Below are positions 19,993 through 29,077 of a stretch of 64,000 nt of DNA, piece after piece. Numbering within the stretch: the stretch's first letter is position 1; each line of letters opens with the position of its first letter. The DNA is from an uncultured Candidatus Rokubacteria bacterium (GTDB lineage Bacteria; Methylomirabilota; Methylomirabilia; Rokubacteriales; CSP1-6), in contig CAVYTA010000007.1 of assembly GCA_963771355.1 (NCBI GenBank), forward strand, positions 352,001 to 416,000, in the 5' to 3' direction. The position numbers and the translations under genes were made by a program. The notes below the pieces were generated by a model that saw nothing but the letters and a program-made list of their open reading frames with translations, was not told the DNA's origin and ran no database searches.

Positions 19993-20697
19993 ATGGCGGA
20001 CAAGAGCAAGATTCTCGTGGTGGACGACGAGCCCAGCGTGCACGAGATCCTGACGGAGTTCTTCACCTCAAAGGGCTACGAGGTGATCTCTGCCTCCGGC
20101 GGGCTCGAGGGGCTGTCCAAGACGGAGAAGCACCGGCCCGACGTGATCCTGCTCGACGTCCGCATGCCCGACCTGGACGGCATCACCGTGCTCCGCCGCA
20201 TCCGCGAGGTGAATCCCTGGGTGGGTATCCTCATGATGAGCGGGAACACCGACACCGAGGCTGCCAAGGAGACGCTGCAGCTCGGCGCCTTCGACTACAT
20301 CCTCAAGCCCTTCGACTTCGACTATCTCGATCGCGCCGTCCACAAGATGCTCACGGCGGCGGCGCCGGCCGACGCCGTTCGCGGCCTCGAGTCCTCCGTC
20401 ACCGCGCCCGAAGCCTCCCAGCACGGGCTCCTCTATGACCTCGCCCTCGAGGTCTTCAGGGTGGCGCGTACCATGACCAGCGAGTCGCGCGCCAGCCTGG
20501 GCACCGCGCTCGAGTCCGCCGCCCTCGGCGCCGTGCAGAAAGGGGTGTCGGGGGAGAAGCAGGAAGTGATCCGGTCGCTGAACCACCTCCGCATGCTCCT
20601 GCGCTTCGCCCGCGACCTGAACGACATTCCCGATGACGTCCACCGCGATCTGGAGGCGAAGATCGTCAGGGCCCGCCGCTCGATCGGACTCGGCTGA
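19993..20697 (+). CDS. Response regulator receiver fused to a four-helix-bundle (23S-IVP/Avd-like) domain
   Basis: ILVVDDE, LLDVRMPDLDG, YILKPF; C-terminal YDLALEVFR...SLG...LRMLLRFARDL. Confidence 0.8.
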   Translation: MADKSKILVVDDEPSVHEILTEFFTSKGYEVISASGGLEGLSKTEKHRPDVILLDVRMPDLDGITVLRRIREVNPWVGILMMSGNTDTEAAKETLQLGAFDYILKPFDFDYLDRAVHKMLTAAAPADAVRGLESSVTAPEASQHGLLYDLALEVFRVARTMTSESRASLGTALESAALGAVQKGVSGEKQEVIRSLNHLRMLLRFARDLNDIPDDVHRDLEAKIVRARRSIGLG

Positions 20698-20709
20698 GCG
20701 TCCCTCGCC

Positions 20710-21888
20710 TCACACCGCCTGAAGCAGGAGTCCGGTCAGGTAGCGCGTCTCGGGCACGTTCAGCAGCACCGGATGGTCACGAGCCTGGGTGAGGGGGGCG
20801 AGGATGCGGGTGGTGACGCCGGCATCCCCGGCTGCGTCGCGGCAGATGGTCTCGAACAGCTCCGGCGTGACGTGGTGCGAGCACGAGAAGGTCGCCAGCA
20901 CGCCGCCGGGCTCCAGCAGGCGCAGGCCGCGGATATTGATCTCCTTGTAGCCGCGCGTGGCGGCGTCCACCGCCTCTTTCCGTCGCGTGAAGGGGGGCGG
21001 ATCCAGCACGACGACCCCGAAGCGCTCACGTCCGGCCTCCAGCTGACGCAGCTCGTCGAAGGCATTGGCCTCGCGCAGCTCCGCGCGCTCGGCCACGCCG
21101 TTCGCCTCGAGATTGCGCCGGGCGGCGGCCAGGGCCCCGGTCGAGGACTCGATGAGCACGGCCCGGCTGGCGCCCCCCAGCAGCGCGTGGCAGGCGAAGG
21201 CGCCCTGGTAGGCGAAGGCGTCGAGAACGCGGCGGCCGGAGGCGTAGCCCGCCACCAGGGCGTGATTGGCGCGCTGATCGAGGTAGAGCCCAGTCTTGTG
21301 GCCGCCGCCCGGTGTCACCACGAGCCGGCAGGGCCCGTCCGTGATCTCGATCTCCTCGGCGGCGCTGGGCGCCGAGGTCAGCCAGCCCCGCTGGGGCTCG
21401 AAGCCCTCGATGCGGGCGGCCGTGGCGTCGTCGGCCCGATAGATCGAGCCGTCCGGGAACAGCCGTCCGAGGGCGCCCGCGATCCAGCCGCCCATACGCG
21501 ACATCCCCAGGGTCTGGCACTGGACCACGCTGACCGGCCCATAGCGGTCCACCACGAGGCCGGGGAGCCCATCCGCCTCGCTCCAGCAGAGTCGATAGCC
21601 CTCGCCGGCGAGCCCGGCCGTCTGGCGGAACTGGAGCGCTCCCGCGAGCCGGCGGTGGATGAGCTCGGCGTCGACGAGCTCGTCGCGCCGCGTGAGGAGC
21701 CGGCAGGCGATGCCCGTGCGGGGGTTGTAGAGGCCGCGGCCGAGGAGCCGGCCCGTGGAGTCGAGCACGGCCACGGCATCGCCCGGCACCCAGGCCCCGC
21801 GAATGTCGGCGATCTCCCCCCGGTAGATCCAGGGGTGCCCCGCCCGGAGCCGGCGGTCGCCGCCGCGCTTGAGAACCAGCTCGCCCGT
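20710..21888 (-). CDS. RlmI/YccW-like class I SAM-dependent rRNA methyltransferase (start uncertain, ACG 21888?)
   Basis: PUA-like LRAGHPWIY, SEADGLPGLVVDRYG, GHKTGLYLDQR, VLDPPPF, TFSCSHH, PETRYL. Confidence 0.9.
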   Translation of the reverse strand, partial: TGELVLKRGGDRRLRAGHPWIYRGEIADIRGAWVPGDAVAVLDSTGRLLGRGLYNPRTGIACRLLTRRDELVDAELIHRRLAGALQFRQTAGLAGEGYRLCWSEADGLPGLVVDRYGPVSVVQCQTLGMSRMGGWIAGALGRLFPDGSIYRADDATAARIEGFEPQRGWLTSAPSAAEEIEITDGPCRLVVTPGGGHKTGLYLDQRANHALVAGYASGRRVLDAFAYQGAFACHALLGGASRAVLIESSTGALAAARRNLEANGVAERAELREANAFDELRQLEAGRERFGVVVLDPPPFTRRKEAVDAATRGYKEINIRGLRLLEPGGVLATFSCSHHVTPELFETICRDAAGDAGVTTRILAPLTQARDHPVLLNVPETRYLTGLLLQAV

Positions 21889-21892
21889 GACG

Positions 21893-22681
21893 CTACTTCT
21901 TCCGGAGCACCACCACCATGAGGAGCGGGTGGTGGGCGCGACCCAGCTTGAGGCGGGGCTTGAAGCCGTAGAACCACTCGGCCAGCTCAAAACCGCCGGC
22001 CAAGTCCACCAGGGAGCGCAGCTCCTGGGGGAAGACCATTCGTGACGCATGACGTTGACGGTAGATGTGCCGCTGGCCGTTCTCTTCGGCCTCGAGCTCC
22101 ATGTCCTCGTAGAAGACCTGGGTCACGGGATCGAGGTCCTTGAGCGCCTCGAAGGTCGCCCGGACGGTGGCTCCGCCGCGACGACGGGTCCAGGACCATT
22201 TCCGCGCCGGGTCCGTCCAGGAGGAGCACATGTAGCGGTCGAAGACGTAGAGCCCGCCTTTCTTGATCGCCCGCGCGGTGCTGCGAAGGTGGGCCAGGAT
22301 GGCCTCATTGGTGAGGAGGTGGCCCTGGGAATCCTGCATGCAGATGGCGGCATCCACCGGCCGGGGCAGCTGGAACTGCGTCATGTCGCCCACGTGGAGG
22401 CCGACGTCGAAGCCCTTCCCGGCCGCCCGCTGGCGGAGGAACTCGATGTTCTCCGGGGAGAGATCGAGCCCGCTCATCCGGTAGCCGCGCTCGGCGAGCC
22501 GGATCAGGTGAGGGCCGGTCCCGCAGGCGATATCCAGCACGGTGCGGATGGGTCGCCGGGCATAGGTCCGGAAGGCGTGGACCAGGAAGTCCACCTCCTG
22601 CTTCCGGTTCATGTCGAAGGCGATCTCGTAGTAGCGGGGCGCGGAGTACTGGCCCCGCTGCGCCCGCGCGGCGTCGGTCAC
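21893..22681 (-). CDS. Class I SAM-dependent methyltransferase (small-molecule type)
   Basis: YYEIAF, VLDIACGTGPH, GLDLS, VGDMTQF; GTGA overlap with the speE stop. Confidence 0.88.
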   Translation of the reverse strand: MTDAARAQRGQYSAPRYYEIAFDMNRKQEVDFLVHAFRTYARRPIRTVLDIACGTGPHLIRLAERGYRMSGLDLSPENIEFLRQRAAGKGFDVGLHVGDMTQFQLPRPVDAAICMQDSQGHLLTNEAILAHLRSTARAIKKGGLYVFDRYMCSSWTDPARKWSWTRRRGGATVRATFEALKDLDPVTQVFYEDMELEAEENGQRHIYRQRHASRMVFPQELRSLVDLAGGFELAEWFYGFKPRLKLGRAHHPLLMVVVLRKK

Positions 22682-23571
22682 AGGCCGAGATCCTCGCCGT
22701 CTTCCAGCATGAACGAGGGCAGGGCGAAGCACGCGCGATGGAGGGCGGCGTTGTAGTACTTGAACTTGAGGCCGGCCTTCTTCACCCGGTTCTCCTTGAA
22801 ATGGGCCACCGGATCCAGCTTGTCGGAGCAGAGGGAGAAGCTCCAGAACCCGCTGGGGTAGGTGGGGATATTCGCGGTATACAGACGCACCACGGGGAAG
22901 ATCTCCCGGAGGTTGCGCTGGATCCCCTTCACCGTCTTCTGGTGGAAGAAGGGCGACTCGGACTGGGTGACGAAGATCCCGCCGGGATTCAGGCAGCGGG
23001 CCACGTTCTTGTGGAAGGGCTTCTGGAACAGCACCTCCGCCGGGCCCACCGGATCGGAGGCGTCCACCAGGATGACGTCGAACTTCTCCTTGCAGCCGGC
23101 GAGGTAGCGCTCGCCGTCCTCGAAGAGGACCTGGGCGCGGGGGTTCTTGAAGGCGGTGCCGATCGAGGGCAGGTACTTCTGCGAGGTCTGCACCACCATC
23201 TCGTCGATCTCCACCATGGTGGCCCGCACGCCCTTGTGCCGCATGACCTCTCGGAGCGTCCCCCCGTCCCCGCCGCCGATGATGAGAACGCGCTTGGGGT
23301 TGGGATGCGCGAAGAGGGGCACGTGGGCCAGCATCTCGTGGTAGACGAATTCGTCCTTCTCCGTCACCATGATCGACCCGTACAGGACGAGCATGCGCCC
23401 GAACTCGTAGCTGTCGAGCACGTCGATGCGCTGATAGGGGCTCTTGGCGGTGTAGAGGAGCTGCTTGATCTTGATGGTGAGCCCGACCCGGCGCCGGTGC
23501 TGCTCGGTGAACCAGAGGTTCCACAGGTCAGTCATCGAGCTCTCGCTGATGCGCTCGGAGGGGCTGGGCAT
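22678..23571 (-). CDS. speE: Spermidine synthase (canonical GGGDGG type)
   Basis: WFTE, SPYQRI, YHEMLAH, IIGGGDGGTLRE, VEIDE, VDASDPVGP, TYPSGFW. Confidence 0.95.
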   Translation of the reverse strand: MPSPSERISESSMTDLWNLWFTEQHRRRVGLTIKIKQLLYTAKSPYQRIDVLDSYEFGRMLVLYGSIMVTEKDEFVYHEMLAHVPLFAHPNPKRVLIIGGGDGGTLREVMRHKGVRATMVEIDEMVVQTSQKYLPSIGTAFKNPRAQVLFEDGERYLAGCKEKFDVILVDASDPVGPAEVLFQKPFHKNVARCLNPGGIFVTQSESPFFHQKTVKGIQRNLREIFPVVRLYTANIPTYPSGFWSFSLCSDKLDPVAHFKENRVKKAGLKFKYYNAALHRACFALPSFMLEDGEDLGL

Positions 23572-23601
23572 GGGGGATCTCCTTGGTCCGGGCGCGCCGG
23601 C

Positions 23602-24723
23602 CTAGAAGGCGACCAGGCGGGCGAGGGGGAAGCCGTTGAACGTGCTCGCGCTGGCGTTGGTATAGGCGCCCATGCCGGGCACGATCAGGATGTCGCCGAT
23701 CTCGGCGGGCGGCAGCGCCCGGTCCGTGTACAGCACGTCGAAGGAGTCGCAGGTGGGGCCGGCGATGACGCAGAGCTCGCGGTCGCCGTCACGCTCCGAC
23801 TGGAGGGCGTACTCGCACTTGTCGAAGACCTTGCCCGAGAAGCTGCCGTAGAGCCCGTCGTCGATGTAGTACCAGGGCACCCCGCCGCGCTTGGACTTGC
23901 CGATCACCTGGGTGATGAGCCAGACCGCGTTGGCCACCAGGAACCGGCCCGGCTCGGCGATGACCCGGCACTGGTCGAAATACTTCTCGATGGCCTCCGC
24001 GATGGGCTCGCAGAACCGGTCGATCGGCATGACGCTCTCGACATACGAGACCGGGAAGCCTCCGCCGATGTCGAGGGTGTCCAGGATGATCCGCTTGGAG
24101 GCGGCCAGGTTGAAGAGCTGCCGGCAGCTCGCCAGGGCGTCCGCGTAGGCGAAGGGATTGGTGCACTGGGAGCCCACGTGAAAGGACAGCCCGCGCGGCC
24201 GCAGCTTGGCCCGGCGGGCCACCTGGAGGAGGCGGAGGACGTCGTCGGACTGGGCGCCGAACTTGTAGGAAAGGTCGACCACCGCGTCCTTGGTCGACAC
24301 CCGGAGCCGGACGAGCACGTTGACGCCGGGCGCGCAGGCCGCCAGCTTGGTGATCTCGGCTTCGTTGTCCACCACGAACCAGCGGAGCCCGGCTCCGTAG
24401 GCGAACCGGAGCTCGGAGGGCTTGTTGATCGGCTTGGTGTAGAGCATGTCCTCGGCGCCGGCGCCCGCCCGGCGGGCGAGACGGATTTCCTCGTCGGAGG
24501 AGACGTCGAAGCGGCTGCCGGCGGCGCGGAGGAGGCGGAGGACCTCCCGGTGGGGATTGGCCTTGATCGCGTAGTAGATGGCGACGTTGGGGAGGCTCTT
24601 CTGGAGCGCCTCGTAGCTCTCACGAAGGACGGAGCGCGAGAGCGCCAGGAGCGGCGTGCCGTGGCGCTCGGCGAGGCGTTTCGCGTGCTCGAAGGTCAGG
24701 AGATCGGTGCGCACGACCCGCAT
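23602..24723 (-). CDS. Fold-type III PLP ornithine (or lysine/ornithine) decarboxylase
   Basis: YAIKAN (PLP Lys), KFGA, SFHVGSQ, DIGGGF, AEPGRF, GPTCD, MGAYT, FNGF. Confidence 0.92.
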   Translation of the reverse strand: MRVVRTDLLTFEHAKRLAERHGTPLLALSRSVLRESYEALQKSLPNVAIYYAIKANPHREVLRLLRAAGSRFDVSSDEEIRLARRAGAGAEDMLYTKPINKPSELRFAYGAGLRWFVVDNEAEITKLAACAPGVNVLVRLRVSTKDAVVDLSYKFGAQSDDVLRLLQVARRAKLRPRGLSFHVGSQCTNPFAYADALASCRQLFNLAASKRIILDTLDIGGGFPVSYVESVMPIDRFCEPIAEAIEKYFDQCRVIAEPGRFLVANAVWLITQVIGKSKRGGVPWYYIDDGLYGSFSGKVFDKCEYALQSERDGDRELCVIAGPTCDSFDVLYTDRALPPAEIGDILIVPGMGAYTNASASTFNGFPLARLVAF

Positions 24724-24856
24724 GCTACCCGATAACGACGCTCCGGTGCCAGCACTCCGCCGCCTCGCCGGGCTTGCCGCCGCCTGTCAGCCCGCTCCGG
24801 GCGTCGGGCGCTACGCCCGAACGGCGCCCACGGAGGCGAAAAAACTCATTTTTTTC

Positions 24857-24885
24857 TTGCAATGAACTTTTGCTGGCCCTACATT
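24857..24885 (+). promoter_or_regulatory. Sigma70 promoter of speD-speE2-maf
   Basis: TTGCAA-N17-TACATT preceded by an A/T-rich UP-like tract. Confidence 0.7.
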
Positions 24886-24963
24886 GAAAAACCTCTGGCC
24901 GAAATTTTTCGGACAGAGAGAAGTGAACAGAGACGAAAGCCGAGACGCGAGGGGAGGAGATAA

Positions 24964-25359
24964 GTGCAAGCTCTGGGGCGACACCTGCTGCTCGAGTTGT
25001 TCGACTGCGACGCCGAGGCCATCAACAGCCTCGAGACGGTGAAGACGTCGATGGTCGAGGCCGCCAAGCGCGCACAGGCGACCATCGTGGATATTGTCTT
25101 TCACGAGTTCAACCCGTTTGGCATCAGCGGCGTCGTCGTCATCGCCGAGTCGCATCTGGCCATCCACACCTGGCCGGAGTACCGCTACGCCGCCGTGGAC
25201 GTCTTCTCCTGCGGCGATGTGCTCCAGCCCCAGGTGGCCGCCGACTATCTCGTGGAGCAGCTCGGGGCCACGCGGGCGTCCGTGGTGGAGCTCCAGCGCG
25301 GCATCTTCATGACGCAGGGAGGTCCCCTGCCGCACAAGCCGGTCGCCGTCAACGGATGA
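24964..25359 (+). CDS. speD: Pyruvoyl S-adenosylmethionine decarboxylase proenzyme
   Basis: LGRHLLLE, HEFNPFGISGVVVIAESHLAIHTWPE, DVFSCG; GGAGGA RBS. Confidence 0.95.
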   Translation: MQALGRHLLLELFDCDAEAINSLETVKTSMVEAAKRAQATIVDIVFHEFNPFGISGVVVIAESHLAIHTWPEYRYAAVDVFSCGDVLQPQVAADYLVEQLGATRASVVELQRGIFMTQGGPLPHKPVAVNG

Positions 25360-26276
25360 CGTTTTCCCCCCAGTACAAGTGGTTCTTCGAGACCACGACG
25401 GCGGTGGAAGGCCACCTGCACGCCATCGCCCGCACCATATCCACCCGGCAGACGAAGTTCCAGTTCATGGAGATCCTGGAGACCTTGTCCTACGGCAAGG
25501 TGCTCGTCCTCGACGGCCGGATCCAGTCGAGTCAGGCCGACGACTTCATGTACCACGAGCTGCTGGTCCACCCCGGGCTCCTCGCCCATCCCAAGCCGAC
25601 GCGAGCCATGGTCATCGGCGGCGGTGAGGGCGCGACGGTACGGGAGATACTTCGCCACCGCTCGATCACCGACTGCCTGATGGTGGACATCGACGGCGAG
25701 GTGGTGGAGGAGTGCAAGAAGCACCTCCCCGAGATGCACCAGGGATCCCTCGACGACCCCCGCACCCGCGTGCTCAACGAGGACGCCCGCGCGTACTTGG
25801 AGAACACCTCCGAGCGCTTCGACCTCATCGTGGTGGACCTCGTGGAGCCCCTCGAAGAAGGGCCGGCCTGCCAGCTCTTCACCAAGGAGTTCTACTCGCT
25901 GGTGCGCGACCGCCTCACCGACCAAGGCGTCATGACCATGCAGGCCGGCATGACCAAGATCAACGAGCTGTTCTTCTACGGGGCGGTGAACCGGACGCTC
26001 CGGGACGTGTTCCCCGTCGTGGCTCCCTACCAGGGCTTCATCTCCTGCTTCGGAACGCCGTGGGGCTTCATCCTCGCCAGCAAGCGCACCGATCCCCGCC
26101 GGCAGAGCGCCGAAGAGATCAACCGGCTCCTCGCGGCCCGGCTGGATCCCGACGAGCTCGGCTACTGGGACGGGGCGGCCCATCTGCACTCGTTCAATCT
26201 CCCGAAGTTCCTCAGCCAGGCCGTCGAGCGGAACGACCGCGTCATCACCGACGCCAACCCGCTGATCGTCACCTAG
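25356..26276 (+). CDS. speE: Second aminopropyltransferase (GGGEGA type, resembling Thermus SpeE/thermospermine synthases)
   Basis: YHELLVHP, IGGGEGATVRE, VDIDGE, MHQGSLDDPR, DARAYLE, MQAG, WGFILAS. Confidence 0.9.
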   Translation: MTFSPQYKWFFETTTAVEGHLHAIARTISTRQTKFQFMEILETLSYGKVLVLDGRIQSSQADDFMYHELLVHPGLLAHPKPTRAMVIGGGEGATVREILRHRSITDCLMVDIDGEVVEECKKHLPEMHQGSLDDPRTRVLNEDARAYLENTSERFDLIVVDLVEPLEEGPACQLFTKEFYSLVRDRLTDQGVMTMQAGMTKINELFFYGAVNRTLRDVFPVVAPYQGFISCFGTPWGFILASKRTDPRRQSAEEINRLLAARLDPDELGYWDGAAHLHSFNLPKFLSQAVERNDRVITDANPLIVT

Positions 26277-26283
26277 CCGTCGG

Positions 26284-26898
26284 CTGCGTCTGGGCCGTTC
26301 CCCCTCGCTGATCCTGGCTTCCGCTTCACCCCGCCGGCAGGAGCTGCTCGCGGGCCTGGGCATTCCGTTCACCGTCCGCCCCAGCGAGATCCCGGAGCCA
26401 TTGCCCTCCGGCCCGCCGGCCGACGCCGTCATGGAGCTGGCCCGCGCGAAGGCGCGCGCCGTCGCCCAGCGCGTGTCGGCGGACGCCGCCGGGGAGTCCG
26501 CGGGCCGGACGGTGGTCCTCGGCGCGGACACCGAGGTCTTCCTGGACGACGAGGCCCTAGGCAAGCCGACCGACGCCAGCGATGCCGGCCGCATGCTGCG
26601 CGCGCTTCGCGGCCGGGCGCACGAGGTGATCACCGGCCTGGCCCTGGTCGAGGTCGGCGGCGCGTGGGAGGAGGTGGCCTCCGTCACCACCCGCGTCCGG
26701 ATGGCCGAGTACAGCGACGCGACCATCGCGGCCTATGTGGCGACGGGGGAGCCGTTCGACAAGGCGGGCGGCTACGCGGTGCAGGGCGAGGGTGGCCGGC
26801 TCGTGGCCGAGGTGGAGGGCTGCTACACCAACGTGGTCGGTCTGCCCGTGGAGACAACGCGACGGCTACTGACCGCCTGGGGGCTGCTGGGCGCCTAG
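26284..26898 (+). CDS. maf: Maf family nucleoside triphosphate pyrophosphatase (start uncertain)
   Basis: LILASASPRRQELL at 26308, KARAV, GADTEV, LGKP, DKAGGYAVQG, NVVGLP. Confidence 0.92.
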   Translation: MRLGRSPSLILASASPRRQELLAGLGIPFTVRPSEIPEPLPSGPPADAVMELARAKARAVAQRVSADAAGESAGRTVVLGADTEVFLDDEALGKPTDASDAGRMLRALRGRAHEVITGLALVEVGGAWEEVASVTTRVRMAEYSDATIAAYVATGEPFDKAGGYAVQGEGGRLVAEVEGCYTNVVGLPVETTRRLLTAWGLLGA

Positions 26899-26907
26899 CC
26901 GGCGGCG

Positions 26908-27879
26908 TCAGCGGGGCCTGCCCGCGATGGCCTGCCGGAGGGGCTCCAGGAAGAGCAAACGCTCCAGATTCCATGGCAGCTTGACCACCACCGGCAGCTT
27001 CGCCCGGGCGAGGGCCAGCTCGATGCCGGCCTCCAGCGCCGCCTCCGTCACGAGCCCGTCGGGGACCAGCACCCCGCGGACCCCTTCCACGCGGAGCGCG
27101 AGGTCTCCCTCCTCGCCCGCCGCCGCCGGACCCAGTCCCGCCGCCAGCTCGCCCGGTGACGCCGTCTTCACCTGCTGCATCGCCCGGAGCAGCGCCCGGG
27201 CGACGGGGACCAGCTCACGCTCCCCGAGCCGGCCATTGCCGGCCACGAACACCGCGGCGTGGACGCCCGACGCCTTGATCCAGCGCTCGGCCCCCCCCGG
27301 CTGGCGCAGGTCGGCGAGCACGGCGGCCCGGCCTTCCTGCACCAGGCGACTCGCCCAGGGGTCGGCGAGGACGGCGGCGTCCACCTCGCCCGCCGCGAGC
27401 GCACGGGCCAGCGGCCGCTCCCCGAGGCTCACCGTGGTGACACCCGCCGGCGAGAGCCCCGCCGCGGCGAGCATGCCGGTCAGGGCCTCGGCCTCCGGCG
27501 TGCCCGGCGCCGGGATGCCGACGGTCTTGCCCGCCAGCGCGGTCATCCCGACGATCTCCCCGCGCCGGGCCTCCGGCACGAGCAGCGCCACCGGCGGCGC
27601 CGTCGTCAGCCCGAACACGAGCCGGGGCGGGACGCCGTGCACATGCCCCAGCCGCAGGGCGGCGTCGAGGGTGATGGCGGCCAGATCCACGCGGCCGGCG
27701 GCCAGTGCCTCGGCGGCTTCCGCGGGGCTCCGGAACGTCTTCAGGCGCGCCGCGACCTTCTCCGACGCGAAGTGGCCCGCGGACTCGGCCAGGTGCACGG
27801 GCAGATACTCCGCCGAGGTCCCCGGGCCCGTCACGCCGATGGTGAGCGTGGCCTGGAGCAGCAGGGCGACCCCGAGCAT
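26908..27879 (-). CDS. NitT/TauT (NMT1-like) ABC transporter substrate-binding protein
   Basis: YLPVHLAESAGHF, ALAAGRVDLA, LAGKTVGI, GEVDAAVL. Confidence 0.7.
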   Translation of the reverse strand: MLGVALLLQATLTIGVTGPGTSAEYLPVHLAESAGHFASEKVAARLKTFRSPAEAAEALAAGRVDLAAITLDAALRLGHVHGVPPRLVFGLTTAPPVALLVPEARRGEIVGMTALAGKTVGIPAPGTPEAEALTGMLAAAGLSPAGVTTVSLGERPLARALAAGEVDAAVLADPWASRLVQEGRAAVLADLRQPGGAERWIKASGVHAAVFVAGNGRLGERELVPVARALLRAMQQVKTASPGELAAGLGPAAAGEEGDLALRVEGVRGVLVPDGLVTEAALEAGIELALARAKLPVVVKLPWNLERLLFLEPLRQAIAGRPR

Positions 27880-27890
27880 GCGCCTGCGCC

Positions 27891-29000
27891 TCAGGCGCCC
27901 GCCGCCTCGAGGACGAGGCGCGCGATGCGGTCGGCGGCGTCGGGTACCGCCAGGGCGCGGGCCCGCTCACCCATGCGGGCCAGCTCGGCGCGGTCCGCGA
28001 GAAGCCGCGTCACGGCCTCCAGCAGCCGCTCGGGCGTGAGCGAGATCTGCGGCAGGAGCACGGCACCTCCCGCCGCCTCGACGAGGCGTGCGTTCGCCGT
28101 CTGCTCGTCCCCGCTGGTGCCCGGCAGCGGCACGTAGAGCGCGGCGCGCCCGAGCTGACAGCACTCGTTCACCGTGCCCGCCCCGCTTCGGCCGACCACC
28201 AGGTCGGCCGCCGCGAAGATGTCCCGGAGCTCGGCGCCGATATAGGGCCGGAGCGCGTAGCGGCGCCCGAGCGCGGCGGGAAGCCGCGCCGCGGCGGCCT
28301 CGAGCCAGGCGCGGTCCCCCGTCGTCGCGTGATCGCCGCACTGATGGACGAGCTGGGTGCGCTCGAGCAGCGGCGCCAGCACGGCCCCCAGGGTGCGGTT
28401 GAGCTTGTGCGAGCCCTGGGACCCGCCGGTGAAGTAGACGACGGGCTGGGCCGGCTCGAACCCCAGGAGCCGGCAGCCGGCCTCCCGCGAGCCGCCGGCC
28501 AGCTCCGGCCGCAGCGGGTTGCCGGTGATCACCGTGCGCTCGGCGGCGATATCGCCGCCGGTGAGCGGAAAGGTGAGCGCCACGCGGCGGGCGAAGCGGG
28601 CGGCCACGCGGTTGGCGAGCCCGGGCACGGCCGTCTGCTCGTGGACGACCACGGGGATGCGGAGCATGCGCGCGGCCAGCGCCGGCGGGAGGGCGACGAA
28701 GCCCCCGGTGGCGAAGAGGAGGCGGGGCTTGAGCCGTCGCAGGAGGCGCCAGGACTGGGCGAAGCCCGCGGGGACGCGCAGGCTCAGATCGGGCACGTTC
28801 TGCCAGTCCCAGTAGCGGCGGAGCTTGCCCGTCGGGATGGCGTGAAAGGCCAGCCCGGCCTCGGGAGCGCGCCGGGCCTCCACGCCGCGACGGCTGCCGA
28901 TCCAGTGCACCTCCACCCCGCGCCGCACCAGCGCCGCCGCCACCGCGAGGCCCGCGCTCGTGTGCCCACCCGTGCCGCCGCCCGCGATGACGATGCGCAT
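27891..29000 (-). CDS. murG: Undecaprenyl-PP-MurNAc-pentapeptide GlcNAc transferase MurG
   Basis: GGGTGGH, TGKLRRY, TGGFV, HEQT, TGNPLR, GGSQG, GRSGAGTV, EQTANA. Confidence 0.93.
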   Translation of the reverse strand: MRIVIAGGGTGGHTSAGLAVAAALVRRGVEVHWIGSRRGVEARRAPEAGLAFHAIPTGKLRRYWDWQNVPDLSLRVPAGFAQSWRLLRRLKPRLLFATGGFVALPPALAARMLRIPVVVHEQTAVPGLANRVAARFARRVALTFPLTGGDIAAERTVITGNPLRPELAGGSREAGCRLLGFEPAQPVVYFTGGSQGSHKLNRTLGAVLAPLLERTQLVHQCGDHATTGDRAWLEAAAARLPAALGRRYALRPYIGAELRDIFAAADLVVGRSGAGTVNECCQLGRAALYVPLPGTSGDEQTANARLVEAAGGAVLLPQISLTPERLLEAVTRLLADRAELARMGERARALAVPDAADRIARLVLEAAGA

Positions 29001-29077
29001 GCTCCTGGCATCATACGGCGGGGCCGCGCGCATTGCCGCGCTCATGTCGGACGCGCGCGGTCCGTCCGCGCGCGCCG

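Noticed and set aside
19993..20697. Diversity-generating retroelement suggested by the Avd-like domain
   Set aside because: No reverse transcriptase and no template/variable repeat pair seen in the window.
24735..24752. Sigma54 promoter for the decarboxylase (CTGGCAC on the minus strand)
   Set aside because: The required GC at -12 is missing (GG-N10-TC).
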